The position numbers and the translations under genes were made by a program. The notes beneath the pieces were generated by a model that saw nothing but the letters and a program-made list of their open reading frames with translations, did not search any database and was not told the origin of the DNA. Below are positions 19,406 to 29,094 of a stretch of DNA of 64,000 nucleotides, piece after piece (the stretch's first letter is position 1; every line of letters starts with the position of its first letter). This DNA comes from a virus, in IMG/VR virus record IMGVR_UViG_3300045988_106581. One strand, written 5' to 3'.

Positions 19406-19426
19406 GTATCCTGTGTAATGTAGCTA
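19406..19426 (-). promoter_or_regulatory. conserved 21-nt motif (TAGCTACATTACACAGGATAC on the minus strand), copy 1
   Basis: Its gene-proximal end lies 30 nt upstream of the RNA polymerase ATG (19375). One of 8 copies. Confidence 0.55.
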
Positions 19427-19452
19427 TAAAGAAAAAATATAAAATTAGGCTT

Positions 19453-19632
19453 TTACAGATAGCAGTTCTCGCCATCTTCCATAGTCTTGAGCCAAAGTCG
19501 TTCACGCTCCTGATAGAGCTCATCCAGCATATCATCAGCAGCCTCATACTCGCTGCGTGTCAGACTATTGCTATTCATGTTACGCACAAGCTGCTTGATC
19601 TCTGCATCAACATCCTCGTAAGTTCGCATCAT
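19453..19632 (-). CDS. hypothetical small acidic protein (59 aa)
   Basis: ATG at 19632 directly after the TGA of the upstream gene. Reads MMRTYEDVDAEIKQL...GENCYL, stop TAA. Below the ORF-track size cutoff. Confidence 0.5.
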   Translation of the reverse strand: MMRTYEDVDAEIKQLVRNMNSNSLTRSEYEAADDMLDELYQERERLWLKTMEDGENCYL

Positions 19633-20028
19633 TCATTCTTCAACTTCCATTGTGACCATGCTGATTTTACGATATGGACACAAGACTTGCATACACCGGT
19701 CAATATCATCAAATACGACATCTTTTCTTCGACCACGTTCTGTCTTTTCGTGTTCAAAATATTGACAGATATCGTATAGACGAATTTCAATCGCTTCTAC
19801 CACACCATTGAACTTGTGGTGATTTATGATTACGGAATAAATATAATCAGAGTAAGTAATCCTGTCTATTTTCAATGAATCGAAATCTTTACAGATGTCT
19901 TTGATAATATATTCCAAAGCTATTACACTAGATCTATCTGGTGCTACAATATCACAGTTGTGCTCAATTGCGTATTTGCAAGCATCATATGAACGTCCAT
20001 ACCCACGAGGTAAAAGAACTTTCTCCAT
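19633..20028 (-). CDS. hypothetical protein (131 aa)
   Basis: ORF track, with overlapping starts and stops in the operon. Confidence 0.55.
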   Translation of the reverse strand: MEKVLLPRGYGRSYDACKYAIEHNCDIVAPDRSSVIALEYIIKDICKDFDSLKIDRITYSDYIYSVIINHHKFNGVVEAIEIRLYDICQYFEHEKTERGRRKDVVFDDIDRCMQVLCPYRKISMVTMEVEE

Positions 20029-20348
20029 TACTTAACCTCCTCGTCCATAACAGCTCCACAGTTAGGACAAAACTTTGATTTATCAATATTTTTGCTAGAA
20101 TGACAAGCCGAGCATTCAACAAAGAAACTTTCTCCAAAATCTTCAAAATGCTCAATCCAATGAGCATGGATTACTCGATGAAACTCGCCGCCTGCGGCCA
20201 TCTCTTCTTGCATGTATTGAATTGCCCCATTCAAAGTCATCTTGCATACAGTTTTCTGAAAAGCAGAAACAAAACTGTTATCAATCAATAGCTTTGTATC
20301 TTCCAATGTCTGAATCAAGTGTGTCGCGTTAATAAACTTATCCATCAC
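20028..20348 (-). CDS. hypothetical protein with a C-terminal zinc ribbon (106 aa)
   Basis: ORF track. Contains ECSACH...CPNCG. Confidence 0.55.
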   Translation of the reverse strand: MMDKFINATHLIQTLEDTKLLIDNSFVSAFQKTVCKMTLNGAIQYMQEEMAAGGEFHRVIHAHWIEHFEDFGESFFVECSACHSSKNIDKSKFCPNCGAVMDEEVK

Positions 20349-20623
20349 TTGACCTCCTCAGCCACCCGGCGGATCGTCCCATCAATCTGTTCAAGCTCTG
20401 CCAGCAAAACATCCACGGTATCAGCATCACTTTCGGAAATATTCAAATCCTTGATCTTATGTAAAGCCCATTCAAGGTTCGGGTAATAACCGACTGTAAC
20501 CTCCTTTACGCCGGTGCCCATCTCACCAGTCTTTGGATTCTTGCCAGATGGCCGCTGCTCAACAATAACGAGATTCCGCTCATCGCAGTTCTTTATAATG
20601 TACTTGCCAAATTGAATTTTCAT
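20345..20623 (-). CDS. hypothetical protein (92 aa)
   Basis: An internal ATG with an AGAGGGAGAG SD in ORF 20345..20692. Confidence 0.5.
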   Translation of the reverse strand: MKIQFGKYIIKNCDERNLVIVEQRPSGKNPKTGEMGTGVKEVTVGYYPNLEWALHKIKDLNISESDADTVDVLLAELEQIDGTIRRVAEEVK

Positions 20624-20685
20624 TGTTCTCTCCCTCTTGTCTAAGTATATTTTAAATAAATAAGATTTCATAAGTGTAACTTTTA

Positions 20686-20916
20686 TTAACAATCTTTTCT
20701 CTTGAATCCTTGGAAATCAGCCATTCCCCAACTGCCATCAGGACAATGATGCGTTACATATCTATGAACGCCAATGCCGCAACCTTTTGGAAAGTATTTA
20801 TCTTTTGTCCATAATTCAAAAATTGCATCAGTTACCAAATTTTCATTTCCTGTACTTGAATCGACAAACAACTCTCCACAAAGACGACATTTATAAGTTG
20901 CATCAAACAAAGTCAT
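20686..20916 (-). CDS. hypothetical Cys-rich protein (76 aa)
   Basis: ORF track. Confidence 0.5.
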   Translation of the reverse strand: MTLFDATYKCRLCGELFVDSSTGNENLVTDAIFELWTKDKYFPKGCGIGVHRYVTHHCPDGSWGMADFQGFKRKDC

Positions 20917-20943
20917 ATTAGACCATCCTTAAAAATTATTTTT

Positions 20944-21216
20944 TTATTCTTTTGCACGGCTAATCTCAAATGCAGCCACATCGTTCATGAAATCATTGAT
21001 ATGTAGGTACTTGTCAGACTTCCGCACAGTCTTAGGCTTGAACTCTTGGCACTTGCATCGCACCTCATCACAAGTGGTGAAGCACGGAATTTCATACTGG
21101 CATTTTGTGCAGACATATTTCTTGTGGAACTCTGGTAAGCGTCCAACCGATTGGTAACTCTCATAGGTTACCTTTAAATCAATCCAATAGGGGTTATCAA
21201 AATTCATTATCGTCAA
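20944..21216 (-). CDS. hypothetical Cys-rich protein (90 aa)
   Basis: ORF track. Confidence 0.5.
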   Translation of the reverse strand: MTIMNFDNPYWIDLKVTYESYQSVGRLPEFHKKYVCTKCQYEIPCFTTCDEVRCKCQEFKPKTVRKSDKYLHINDFMNDVAAFEISRAKE

Positions 21217-21225
21217 CCTTCTTCC

Positions 21226-22395
21226 TTACCTTTTATAAGAACCATACCATTTAAATCCAGCACGAGGAATTCCAGAATTTGCAGGGACACGAATCATTCC
21301 ATCTATAAAGAGCTGAAGAACCTCATCACTCAACTGCCTGTGCACAAAACGAAATGGTGGTTGAGAAGCATTATTGTAATATTCTGGATTTTCCTCCAAT
21401 ACCGCTCTACCTCTTCTGACGGCAGAAAGTGTTGGGATATTCTCACACATCGCATCATTCATCTCGTGAAAGCATTGCTGTTGCAATTTATATTCTGTCC
21501 GTGCAGCAGATCGCTTCAACGAGTTCGGCTCAATCGTAATATGGTACATCGGTCGTGCTAGGTCATATGTAAAAATTTCCTTGAACCTATTATCTAATTC
21601 TTCATAGAACTCATGAAGCCGTCCAGTCAGAAATACGTCTTGTTCACTCTGGCACACTCGACCAGATGACGTATAGAACTCATGAAGTACATTCGTATAC
21701 ATCTTCATATAAATGGCCTTTTGGTCTTCAGAAGGAATATGGTACTCTTCTGGATTATGGTTTATAAACACAGCGGGGCAGTCTTCAAAAAATAGTTCCT
21801 TGTTTTTCGCCATAGATCTAAGCGCAGACTCAATGTACCCAACCATTGTAGATTTAGTACATTGTTGAAATGTCTCAGCATCCGCTGCTAAATTCTCTCT
21901 AAACTCATCCATTTGATCACGAGCAATACTTTCTAATGGTGTACCAACTATTTCAGCCCAGAAGGTATCATCGCCATGTAAATCTTCTGGATATTGATAA
22001 AAATTTTTGTTAGTCATTCCACACGCTCGTAGTATTGCAGTTGGTGTCCAAAAAAACTCCATCCAACTACTGCCATCGCATTCTCTAAGTAAGTGGTAAG
22101 CAATCTGGTTCTGCAAACGCAAAGAGAATTTCCCTTTATTTCTTGTCGGCAGAGGAGGAAGCACCTCATTATCTGGACGAATCTTTACAATAATAAAGCG
22201 CTTTCCTTCCTTTTTAAATTCAACAAAACGATTCAAATCTTCAAGGAAGTGTTTTTTACTATTCCCACCCAACGGTTTTCCGTTTTTATTAAGGATGTTG
22301 AGATAAGTAGATAACTCCAAGAAGTTTGAGAACTTTTGTCCATCACTTAATTTGTTGACCATATCCTGCGTAACATTATAATTATTTTGCTCCAT
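21226..22395 (-). CDS. hypothetical protein (389 aa), first gene of the leftward block
   Basis: ORF track. A GGAGGC SD precedes the ATG at 22395. Confidence 0.6.
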   Translation of the reverse strand: MEQNNYNVTQDMVNKLSDGQKFSNFLELSTYLNILNKNGKPLGGNSKKHFLEDLNRFVEFKKEGKRFIIVKIRPDNEVLPPLPTRNKGKFSLRLQNQIAYHLLRECDGSSWMEFFWTPTAILRACGMTNKNFYQYPEDLHGDDTFWAEIVGTPLESIARDQMDEFRENLAADAETFQQCTKSTMVGYIESALRSMAKNKELFFEDCPAVFINHNPEEYHIPSEDQKAIYMKMYTNVLHEFYTSSGRVCQSEQDVFLTGRLHEFYEELDNRFKEIFTYDLARPMYHITIEPNSLKRSAARTEYKLQQQCFHEMNDAMCENIPTLSAVRRGRAVLEENPEYYNNASQPPFRFVHRQLSDEVLQLFIDGMIRVPANSGIPRAGFKWYGSYKR

Positions 22396-22650
22396 ATTGC
22401 CTCCAGTTCTAATTTAGTTGTACTGACGAGTCTGTATTATATATATGTATAAAGATACATAGTCGTCAGTACAAGTACAACTATCACAAAATATCTCTTA
22501 ATGGTTTACTCGACTTGAAGCTATGGAGCGTAAGCGACATAGATTCAATTTGAGTAAACCTACGAGCGTCCTCAGACGCGAGATCTCTCTCCACGCCCTG
22601 TCTGGAAGACTACTATAAATATCCACCACACTACATCTATCTTCTTTGAG

Positions 22651-22671
22651 GTATCCTGTGTAATGTAGCTA
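22651..22671 (-). promoter_or_regulatory. conserved 21-nt motif, copy 2 (leftward)
   Basis: GTATCCTGTGTAATGTAGCTA on the plus strand, 255 nt upstream of the 22395 start. Confidence 0.5.
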
Positions 22672-22709
22672 TCTACACTCATTATATCATCAAAATGCCA
22701 AAAGTTCAA

Positions 22710-22730
22710 TAGCTAAGTAACACAGGATAC
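22710..22730 (+). promoter_or_regulatory. conserved 21-nt motif, copy 3 (rightward)
   Basis: TAGCTAAGTAACACAGGATAC, divergent from copy 2 with 38 nt between them. Confidence 0.5.
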
Positions 22731-23205
22731 AAATATTTTAGCACCTATTATAATAAGGTATGTTTCTTGGAATGTTATCTATTCATGACTCGCAAGCTCG
22801 CTTCCGCTCTATGAGCGGGCGACCATTGCTAAGTAAGCTGACGGTCACTACGTTCTCTCTGCATATTTAGTTCAAGTCGCTATTACACATTATTCTCCAG
22901 AAAGGATATCCAAATGCTCTATATATTCTGTGTAAGCTGCCAGAGGCTACAATCATACTCCTTATAAGTCTTTAAAGTCTCTGAGAGTGCTACTCAGATG
23001 CTAGATCAGTCCATTTATGGCGATAGGGGAGTATAGATGAGTACAAATAGATACTTTACGCTCCGAAGAATGATCATTTTCGGTACATTTAGGGAACACA
23101 TCGGAAAAACCCGCATGAATCCTAGGTTTTTCGGCTTTTATTAGGTCAAAAAGGAACAAAATAGGTGGTAAAAGATACAAATAAAAAGAAAAACTAGCAA
23201 AAATA

Positions 23206-23221
23206 TAACGTAAATACGTTA
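23206..23221. promoter_or_regulatory. palindromic operator-like site TAACGT-N4-ACGTTA (copy 2 of 3)
   Basis: ATATAACGTaaatACGTTAAAT. Confidence 0.45.
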
Positions 23222-23974
23222 AATTCTAGCTAGTTACCGAATGGGCTACCGATTGAAAAATAGCGATCTTAAACCACTTTTTTGGTATTTTTGATGGAAA
23301 ATGAGAGATTTGTGAGTATATGTAGAAGAGGGTATAGGGATGTATTTTGGGGATATTTTTGTCAGGGGAAAGTGTACCCCGGGGAGGGGAGGAGGTAGAG
23401 AGTGTGATGGAGTGCCGGGATGGGATAAGATGGAGATTAGGAAGGTTTGATAGGAATTAGAAAGAAGGTAATTTTTGTGGAGATTGCTGTGTAAATTGTA
23501 TAGTAATATGGAATATAACAAATTGATAATTGGTGATTATGAATAAGAAAGATGTACTGGGGGGCTCGGCCTGCTGCCTAGAACGTCCAAAAAATGAAAA
23601 GTGCACCCCTACCTTGTCCAGTGCTGGAAATGCTCAAAATACGACACTCAACAGGGCAAGGAACGGCGGGAAGTTTTGGCGGTATCTAGTATCTGAAAAC
23701 AGGAGCAACAAAAGTTAAAAGTTTTAACTATTTTAATTCAATCTTACACATTGCCGGGTGTTTCTTTTGTTCGCTAATTGTTGACACGTTGCCGGGCGTT
23801 TCATATCTTATGTACTTTTCATATACTGCCTATATATTTTTTGATATACCATTCTTTTTCCCTTATAAGGTAATTATATATTATATTTTATCCTTATTTC
23901 AGCCAAAAACACCCACGATTCACTAAAATATAATTTTTAACGATATATCGCTATTTTATAAAAATCTATAATTC

Positions 23975-24011
23975 TTGCAACTTTTGTGCATGAATTGCAA
24001 CTTTTATACAT
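23975..24011. repeat. two direct repeats TTGCAACTTTT(G/A)T(G/A)CAT
   Basis: Read directly at 23975-23991 and 23995-24011. Confidence 0.6.
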
Positions 24012-24018
24012 AGACTTC

Positions 24019-24098
24019 CTAGCAAGGAACCGCTATAATTAAGCCACAATCTAGCAAGGAACCTAGCAAGGAACCTAGCAAGGAACCTAGCAAGGATT
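24019..24098. repeat. 12-bp iterons CTAGCAAGGAAC: one isolated copy plus four tandem copies (the last is degenerate)
   Basis: Copies at 24019-24030, 24051-24062, 24063-24074, 24075-24086 and 24087-24098 (the last ends ..GATT). Confidence 0.8.
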
Positions 24099-24919
24099 GC
24101 GCCGAACTTTGAAAACTGAATCAATCTTTTGTGGGAACGGCTCAAATGTTCCCGCTTAATCTAGGCAAGTGCAACAAGCCCATCGTGGTTATAAATCAGC
24201 AGTCTACCGGAACGGTAAAGCACCTAGAAAGTTTGATTCAGTCGGAAAAATTCGGCGGTGTAGGTAGCACCGATTTAAAAAAATCCAGCGCTTGCAAATG
24301 GGCGTCAATCGTGCATTCCGCACGCAATCAAACACACTTGCTATCCTACCGTATAGGTTAGAAAGATACGGAAAACAGGAAACACGGCTTGACCGTTTAA
24401 TCACTGTTTTGGTTTTGGCAATGCAAGCCGAAAAAACCTAAAAAAGCCGTTTGTCCGATTAAGGCATAGAGGGCAAACAATCCGCATTCACCGGATACTA
24501 GAACGCATTGTATGCACACAAAAACCGTTGTACAGAAAAGAGGGCAACGGCCATACATTGCAAGACTAGACAAGTAAGGGCAAGAAAGAAAGTACAGTTT
24601 GCGTATACTACAAACTAACTTTTGTGGGTTTATATCCACGGGCTACACGTTGCAAGGTTTATACTTTGCTTGTATGGTTTATGCCATACTCTATTGTAAC
24701 AAAGTCAAGTGTAGTTTGCAAGGGCTGTACAGCAAAGGTTTTTTATCTGTTTTCCAGCAAATTAAACAGACACAAAAGGTGTACATACTTTGCCCTTTTT
24801 AGGGCAAATCATAAGCTCATAAGCAAGGCGTTTTGTCTAGTTTGTGGGCTTTGATTTGCGCTAAAACGCAAAACCATACGACTATACACAATTCAGAACA
24901 CAAAGAAAAGAGGATTATT

Positions 24920-25756
24920 ATGCGTAAAGTCATCACTATGCCCGAATTCCGCACCGCTATTCAAAACAAAACCGTTGATTCTTTCAACGCTTGCGATTTG
25001 CTGGACTTGCTCAACAATTCCGCCGAAATGGCAACGGCAAACGGCAACGAAACCGCTGATTTAATTAAGGCTATTGCGGACAACAACAAGGCCGAAAACG
25101 AAACTATTTGCACCGAAAAGTGCAAGACTTTGATTGCAATGGAACGCGCCGAAATGTTCCGTACCTATTGCGTAAACCCAACTTATACAGGCCATAAATT
25201 CAGCGGTAAAAAGAACGACAAAACCGGCAAATATGAATTGACTGAATCCGCTATGCGCATCAAGTTTGCAAAGCTGGAAAAGGTTTACCGTGATACCACG
25301 GGCAAAAAGTATGATACCCTTTGCCGTTCCGACTTTTACGGCAAACTTGTTATGCTTTTCAATGGCTTTATGGCTGAATCCCTTTGCACTGATTTGACGG
25401 CAAACAAGCCTGTTCGTTCCGAAAAAATGCTTGACGCGCTCAAAAATGCACAGCTTGAATGCTTTACCAGCAACAAGAACAACAAAGAAACCCGCCTTGC
25501 ACAGTTGCAAGCCATTTACAACGCTATTTTGCCTGAAACCATGACGGCAAAAGCACTTTCTTGTGATATGGCTTATATCAAGACGGCATACACTAAGGCA
25601 AAAATGGGCACTGTTACCACGTTGAACGACAACGCACTGATTGACGAAATTATTGTAACTATCGGCTATGCACTGTCCTTTGATGAATCTACCGGCAAGC
25701 GTTCTCGTACATACGATCTTCAGAGCAAGTCTGCCTTTTTTAAGAAAGCAAGGTAA
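24920..25756 (+). CDS. hypothetical protein (278 aa), first gene of the rightward block
   Basis: ATG after AAGAGGA within ORF 24833..25756. Confidence 0.6.
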   Translation: MRKVITMPEFRTAIQNKTVDSFNACDLLDLLNNSAEMATANGNETADLIKAIADNNKAENETICTEKCKTLIAMERAEMFRTYCVNPTYTGHKFSGKKNDKTGKYELTESAMRIKFAKLEKVYRDTTGKKYDTLCRSDFYGKLVMLFNGFMAESLCTDLTANKPVRSEKMLDALKNAQLECFTSNKNNKETRLAQLQAIYNAILPETMTAKALSCDMAYIKTAYTKAKMGTVTTLNDNALIDEIIVTIGYALSFDESTGKRSRTYDLQSKSAFFKKAR

Positions 25757-25915
25757 GTAAGCTACATCTAACCTAATAACACTCTGGGGCGGGCAATAGT
25801 CCGCCCTACTCTTGCAAAATCGGTTTGCCGTGACGTGGCGCAAGAGCTTTCTAACCAAATGACCGATATTTCCGCACGAAAAGTGCGCCTATTTTCAGAA
25901 AAGGAAGTGAACACA

Positions 25916-26542
25916 ATGAAAATTTCTTTGCATCAAAAGAATACACCTGTAGTGTTTCGTGGTGTATCTGTTCCGGCAAATTCCATTTACGGAACAATTA
26001 AGGCAGAGAATTATAACTTTGTCTTTGTTTCAATGCCTAAAATAGATTCTTTCGACAAAATGCCTTTTGTGTTCTACCAGAACGGCAGAATCGTTAAAAA
26101 TATTTATTCAGCTATGCTTGAATCTGCTATTTCTCAGAACGTGAAAAGCCTTGCAAATGACGGAAAAATCACGCTCACATACTGGAATCATAAGGCAGAA
26201 CAAAGGGCAGAAATGCGCATTGTAGAACGTGAAAACAAGCGTAAATCAGAGCGCAAAGAATGGCAAGAAATTCGATCCGCACAGAAAAACCGTGATTCAG
26301 CTGGGCACAAACCTAGCAAACACACAAAAGCAATGCGGGCAAAGCCTAACTTTTATACGGCAGAATACAACGATCTTTCTAAACGTATCTATGGTGAATC
26401 CATTGATATGAATGGGACGGTCAGACGTTGTCGGAATAGAACGGCAGAATACATGGACGGCAGCGGATTAGGAAAATTCCGTGGTGATATGCGTCCTTTG
26501 AATCCGCAAATGCCTTTGAAATCCGGCAAAAAGGCAAGGTGA
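25916..26542 (+). CDS. hypothetical protein with a basic C-terminus (208 aa)
   Basis: ATG after AAGGAAG within ORF 25835..26542. Confidence 0.55.
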   Translation: MKISLHQKNTPVVFRGVSVPANSIYGTIKAENYNFVFVSMPKIDSFDKMPFVFYQNGRIVKNIYSAMLESAISQNVKSLANDGKITLTYWNHKAEQRAEMRIVERENKRKSERKEWQEIRSAQKNRDSAGHKPSKHTKAMRAKPNFYTAEYNDLSKRIYGESIDMNGTVRRCRNRTAEYMDGSGLGKFRGDMRPLNPQMPLKSGKKAR

Positions 26543-26546
26543 TAGT

Positions 26547-26870
26547 ATGGCTATGAATCCCTTGTCAGAACGGCAGAACCATGCTATAATTGTACCATCA
26601 ATAAAAAACAAAGGTGGTGCGATTGTGGGCAGACCTAGCAAATATGATAACATGAGCAAAGAAGAAATTCTTGCAGCAATGCGTGAACGGCAGAAAAAAA
26701 ACGCCTCTTATCAGTGGAAAAAGACTTGCACTCTTACTTTACAAGAAGGCGAAACGCTTGAAAATAACTTTCTTGCAAAATTTGAATGCGATAATGTTTC
26801 TCAGCTTTTGAAAAAAATCGTTCATGGTGAATTGATTATTTCTCAGGCAGAGCCGTCAGAATCCAACTAA
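26547..26870 (+). CDS. hypothetical protein (107 aa)
   Basis: ORF track. Confidence 0.5.
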   Translation: MAMNPLSERQNHAIIVPSIKNKGGAIVGRPSKYDNMSKEEILAAMRERQKKNASYQWKKTCTLTLQEGETLENNFLAKFECDNVSQLLKKIVHGELIISQAEPSESN

Positions 26871-26893
26871 GAACCACAATAACCCAACAACAA

Positions 26894-26926
26894 CGTCTTG
26901 TGAATTTATCGCAAGGCGTTTTCTTT
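26894..26926 (+). terminator. rho-independent terminator
   Basis: CGTCTTG...CAAGGCG stem followed by TTTTCTTT. Confidence 0.6.
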
Positions 26927-27003
26927 ATGCCATGTTTTGTATAATTATGCAAATATTATGCAAAATATGCAAAAATGAAAACACGTCAGAAAGGAAAAAT
27001 ATT

Positions 27004-27132
27004 ATGATTCTTGACTGCTATATCATCCGTGAGTATTTGCCGAATGGCAAGCATACTGATCACGGCTATTATGAGCGTCAAGAAATGCTTGACGCTGCAT
27101 CCGATTTTATCAGTATGGCAGGGGAAAGTTAA
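27004..27132 (+). CDS. hypothetical small protein (42 aa)
   Basis: ATG after GAAAGGAAA within ORF 26932..27132. Confidence 0.4.
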   Translation: MILDCYIIREYLPNGKHTDHGYYERQEMLDAASDFISMAGES

Positions 27133-27145
27133 GAGGTTTAGAACT

Positions 27146-27490
27146 ATGTATGATTTGCGTGAACACAAGGAACTGATTAGCCGGTTGGTTTCCGAGGCCA
27201 ACCAGAACGACCCCAACTGGGAGTGGTCGGTCAGACGCCTCAGCAAGAACGTGGCCTGCATCTTCTGGGGTTACCTCGAATACTGCGATGAAGCGGAGTT
27301 ATCGTTTTCAATCAAGCTCGGCGAAGCCGATGGCAGATGCTGGGTTGAGGCTCGTAACGAGCACGGCTGGATACTGGAAAGTGAGATTGTAGCTGACAAG
27401 AACTTTCCATTCTTGAACTACCCGATTGACAATGCCGTTGAGAAGATGGTTCGCTGCATCGTCAACACCGCAAAATGCTGGATTGAATAA
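27146..27490 (+). CDS. hypothetical protein (114 aa)
   Basis: ATG after AAGAGG within ORF 27011..27490. Confidence 0.5.
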   Translation: MYDLREHKELISRLVSEANQNDPNWEWSVRRLSKNVACIFWGYLEYCDEAELSFSIKLGEADGRCWVEARNEHGWILESEIVADKNFPFLNYPIDNAVEKMVRCIVNTAKCWIE

Positions 27491-27505
27491 GAGAGGAGAA
27501 CAAAA

Positions 27506-27634
27506 ATGAAAACCTTATTGATGCTCTTTGGTTACACCGCCTATCAGGCCGGATGTATTGCACCCATGATGTGGTTTTTTATTCTGGGTGCCGTCATTAT
27601 GGGAGTGGCAGAATGGAAAGGGTGGTTAAACTAA
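27506..27634 (+). CDS. hypothetical small membrane protein (42 aa)
   Basis: GAGAGGAGAA SD. Hydrophobic sequence MKTLLMLFGY...WFFILGAVIMGV. Its TAA overlaps the next ATG. Confidence 0.4.
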   Translation: MKTLLMLFGYTAYQAGCIAPMMWFFILGAVIMGVAEWKGWLN

Positions 27635-27930
27635 TGAAAAAAGAAGATCTGGTTGCTCTTGACGTCGGCAACGCCTACACGATACTGTTCAACAAGGCAA
27701 ATTATTACATGCCCTATATTGTGGCGTGGCATTTTGACCCGTATTCCTGCACATGGGATCAGGGTCACTATTTTGAATCCCTGAAAGATGCAAAGAAATT
27801 CTTTGCAGAGCAAGAACGCAACAATGCAAACTGTCGTTATTGTGAAAAGATGGATTGTCCCCATCGTGATGCACTCAGGCGTTTGCCCCGTGAATATGGT
27901 GGTTTGGGTCTTTGCAAGAACTTTGAGTAA
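27634..27930 (+). CDS. hypothetical protein (98 aa)
   Basis: ATG within ORF 27553..27930, overlapping the upstream stop. Confidence 0.5.
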   Translation: MKKEDLVALDVGNAYTILFNKANYYMPYIVAWHFDPYSCTWDQGHYFESLKDAKKFFAEQERNNANCRYCEKMDCPHRDALRRLPREYGGLGLCKNFE

Positions 27931-27945
27931 AGGAGAATGAAAAGC

Positions 27946-28128
27946 ATGAAAAAATATGTCATGTATGAATCGCTTGGAACATGGTACATCACCACGGCAG
28001 AGAACCACAATCGCTATATCGAGGATGCACGGCAGATTCACAATCTTGGCCGTGATTTCGAGGAGGCGAAAGCTATTGTTAATTACAATTGGCACGGCTT
28101 TGATGATGTTGAAATTATTAAGAGGTGA
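27946..28128 (+). CDS. hypothetical protein (60 aa)
   Basis: AAGGAGA lies 9 nt upstream. Confidence 0.45.
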   Translation: MKKYVMYESLGTWYITTAENHNRYIEDARQIHNLGRDFEEAKAIVNYNWHGFDDVEIIKR

Positions 28129-28133
28129 GAACT

Positions 28134-28391
28134 ATGACCGCAAAAGAGTATTGCAAGAGCCATCCGGTAACTGCTTACGATAGCAGCTATGGCCGGTGCG
28201 GTGGGTTTCAGATCCACGGCGATATCGAATACGGCATTGACGATTACCTTTACGGTATGTCCGGTGTGCTGTGTGAGGATGAGAAATATTTTCACTACCA
28301 TCACCTGAAGATTCACGAAACGATGTCCGGCAGATTTTACGTCAGATGTTTCGGCAAGCGAATCTATCTTGATGAGTGTATGAGAGTGTAA
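28134..28391 (+). CDS. hypothetical protein (85 aa)
   Basis: AAGAGGTGAG SD. Confidence 0.5.
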   Translation: MTAKEYCKSHPVTAYDSSYGRCGGFQIHGDIEYGIDDYLYGMSGVLCEDEKYFHYHHLKIHETMSGRFYVRCFGKRIYLDECMRV

Positions 28392-28404
28392 AGGAGAATA
28401 CAAG

Positions 28405-28545
28405 ATGAAAAAGGGTCAATGGTTCATGAACGATGAGACCGGTGTTATCACCAACATTCATCGTGAAGCTGTCGAATGGTATCGGCAGGGTGCAAACATT
28501 TCCATCTGGATCAACGGCGTGGTTGTGTGCCGTTGGAGTCACTAA
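28405..28545 (+). CDS. hypothetical small protein (46 aa)
   Basis: AAAGGAGAA SD. Below the ORF-track cutoff. Confidence 0.4.
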   Translation: MKKGQWFMNDETGVITNIHREAVEWYRQGANISIWINGVVVCRWSH

Positions 28546-28556
28546 GAAAGGAGAAA

Positions 28557-28892
28557 ATGAAAATGAGAGCAAGTGTCGAAGTTTACGAAAATAACGCAGG
28601 CGGTATTTATGTTGCCGTCTTTGGTAAGAACGGCCTGGAGAATCTATTCGTTGTTGCTCCTGATGGTAACGAAACTAGAATGACAAGAGTATTCTATCAG
28701 GAAGCACTATATGGATTCTCTGGTGTAGATGACTATAATGCAGAAAATTTCTCTGGGCTATCCATGGACGATGCTTATGATGATATCTGCGGTGGCAGCA
28801 ACCTGATCGCAGAGTTTTATGACAATCAGGTTGTAAACTTGTATCCGGCAGACATGAACATTGCTGGAATGAGGTTGTTTGGTATGGCTTGA
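28557..28892 (+). CDS. hypothetical protein (111 aa)
   Basis: GAAAGGAGAAA SD. The start may instead be 28563. Confidence 0.5.
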   Translation: MKMRASVEVYENNAGGIYVAVFGKNGLENLFVVAPDGNETRMTRVFYQEALYGFSGVDDYNAENFSGLSMDDAYDDICGGSNLIAEFYDNQVVNLYPADMNIAGMRLFGMA

Positions 28893-29049
28893 TCGTACAT
28901 TTACAAAATAGTCATGAATAAACAACGTATCAACGAACTAAAATGTGACGTTAATAAAATCTACATTTTAGTGCTTGACAAAACAAGTGGTATCCTGTAT
29001 CATGTAGCTAGAAATGGTAGTCCGTCAGAGGACTTTTATTTTTACTGTG

Positions 29050-29070
29050 TAGCTAAGTTACACAGGATAC
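29050..29070 (+). promoter_or_regulatory. conserved 21-nt motif, copy 4 (rightward)
   Basis: TAGCTAAGTTACACAGGATAC, 24 nt before the ATG at 29095. Confidence 0.55.
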
Positions 29071-29094
29071 TCAAGAAGAGGAGAGTCAACTGCT

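Noticed and set aside
23246-23521. The minus-strand 91-aa ORF in the central non-coding region.
   Set aside because: It is a by-product of the C-depleted tract, with a proline- and serine-rich low-complexity product. It has no SD and is isolated from any operon.
24019-24098. A CRISPR array.
   Set aside because: The repeats are 12 bp and directly abutting, with no spacers. No other repeat-spacer structure exists in the window.
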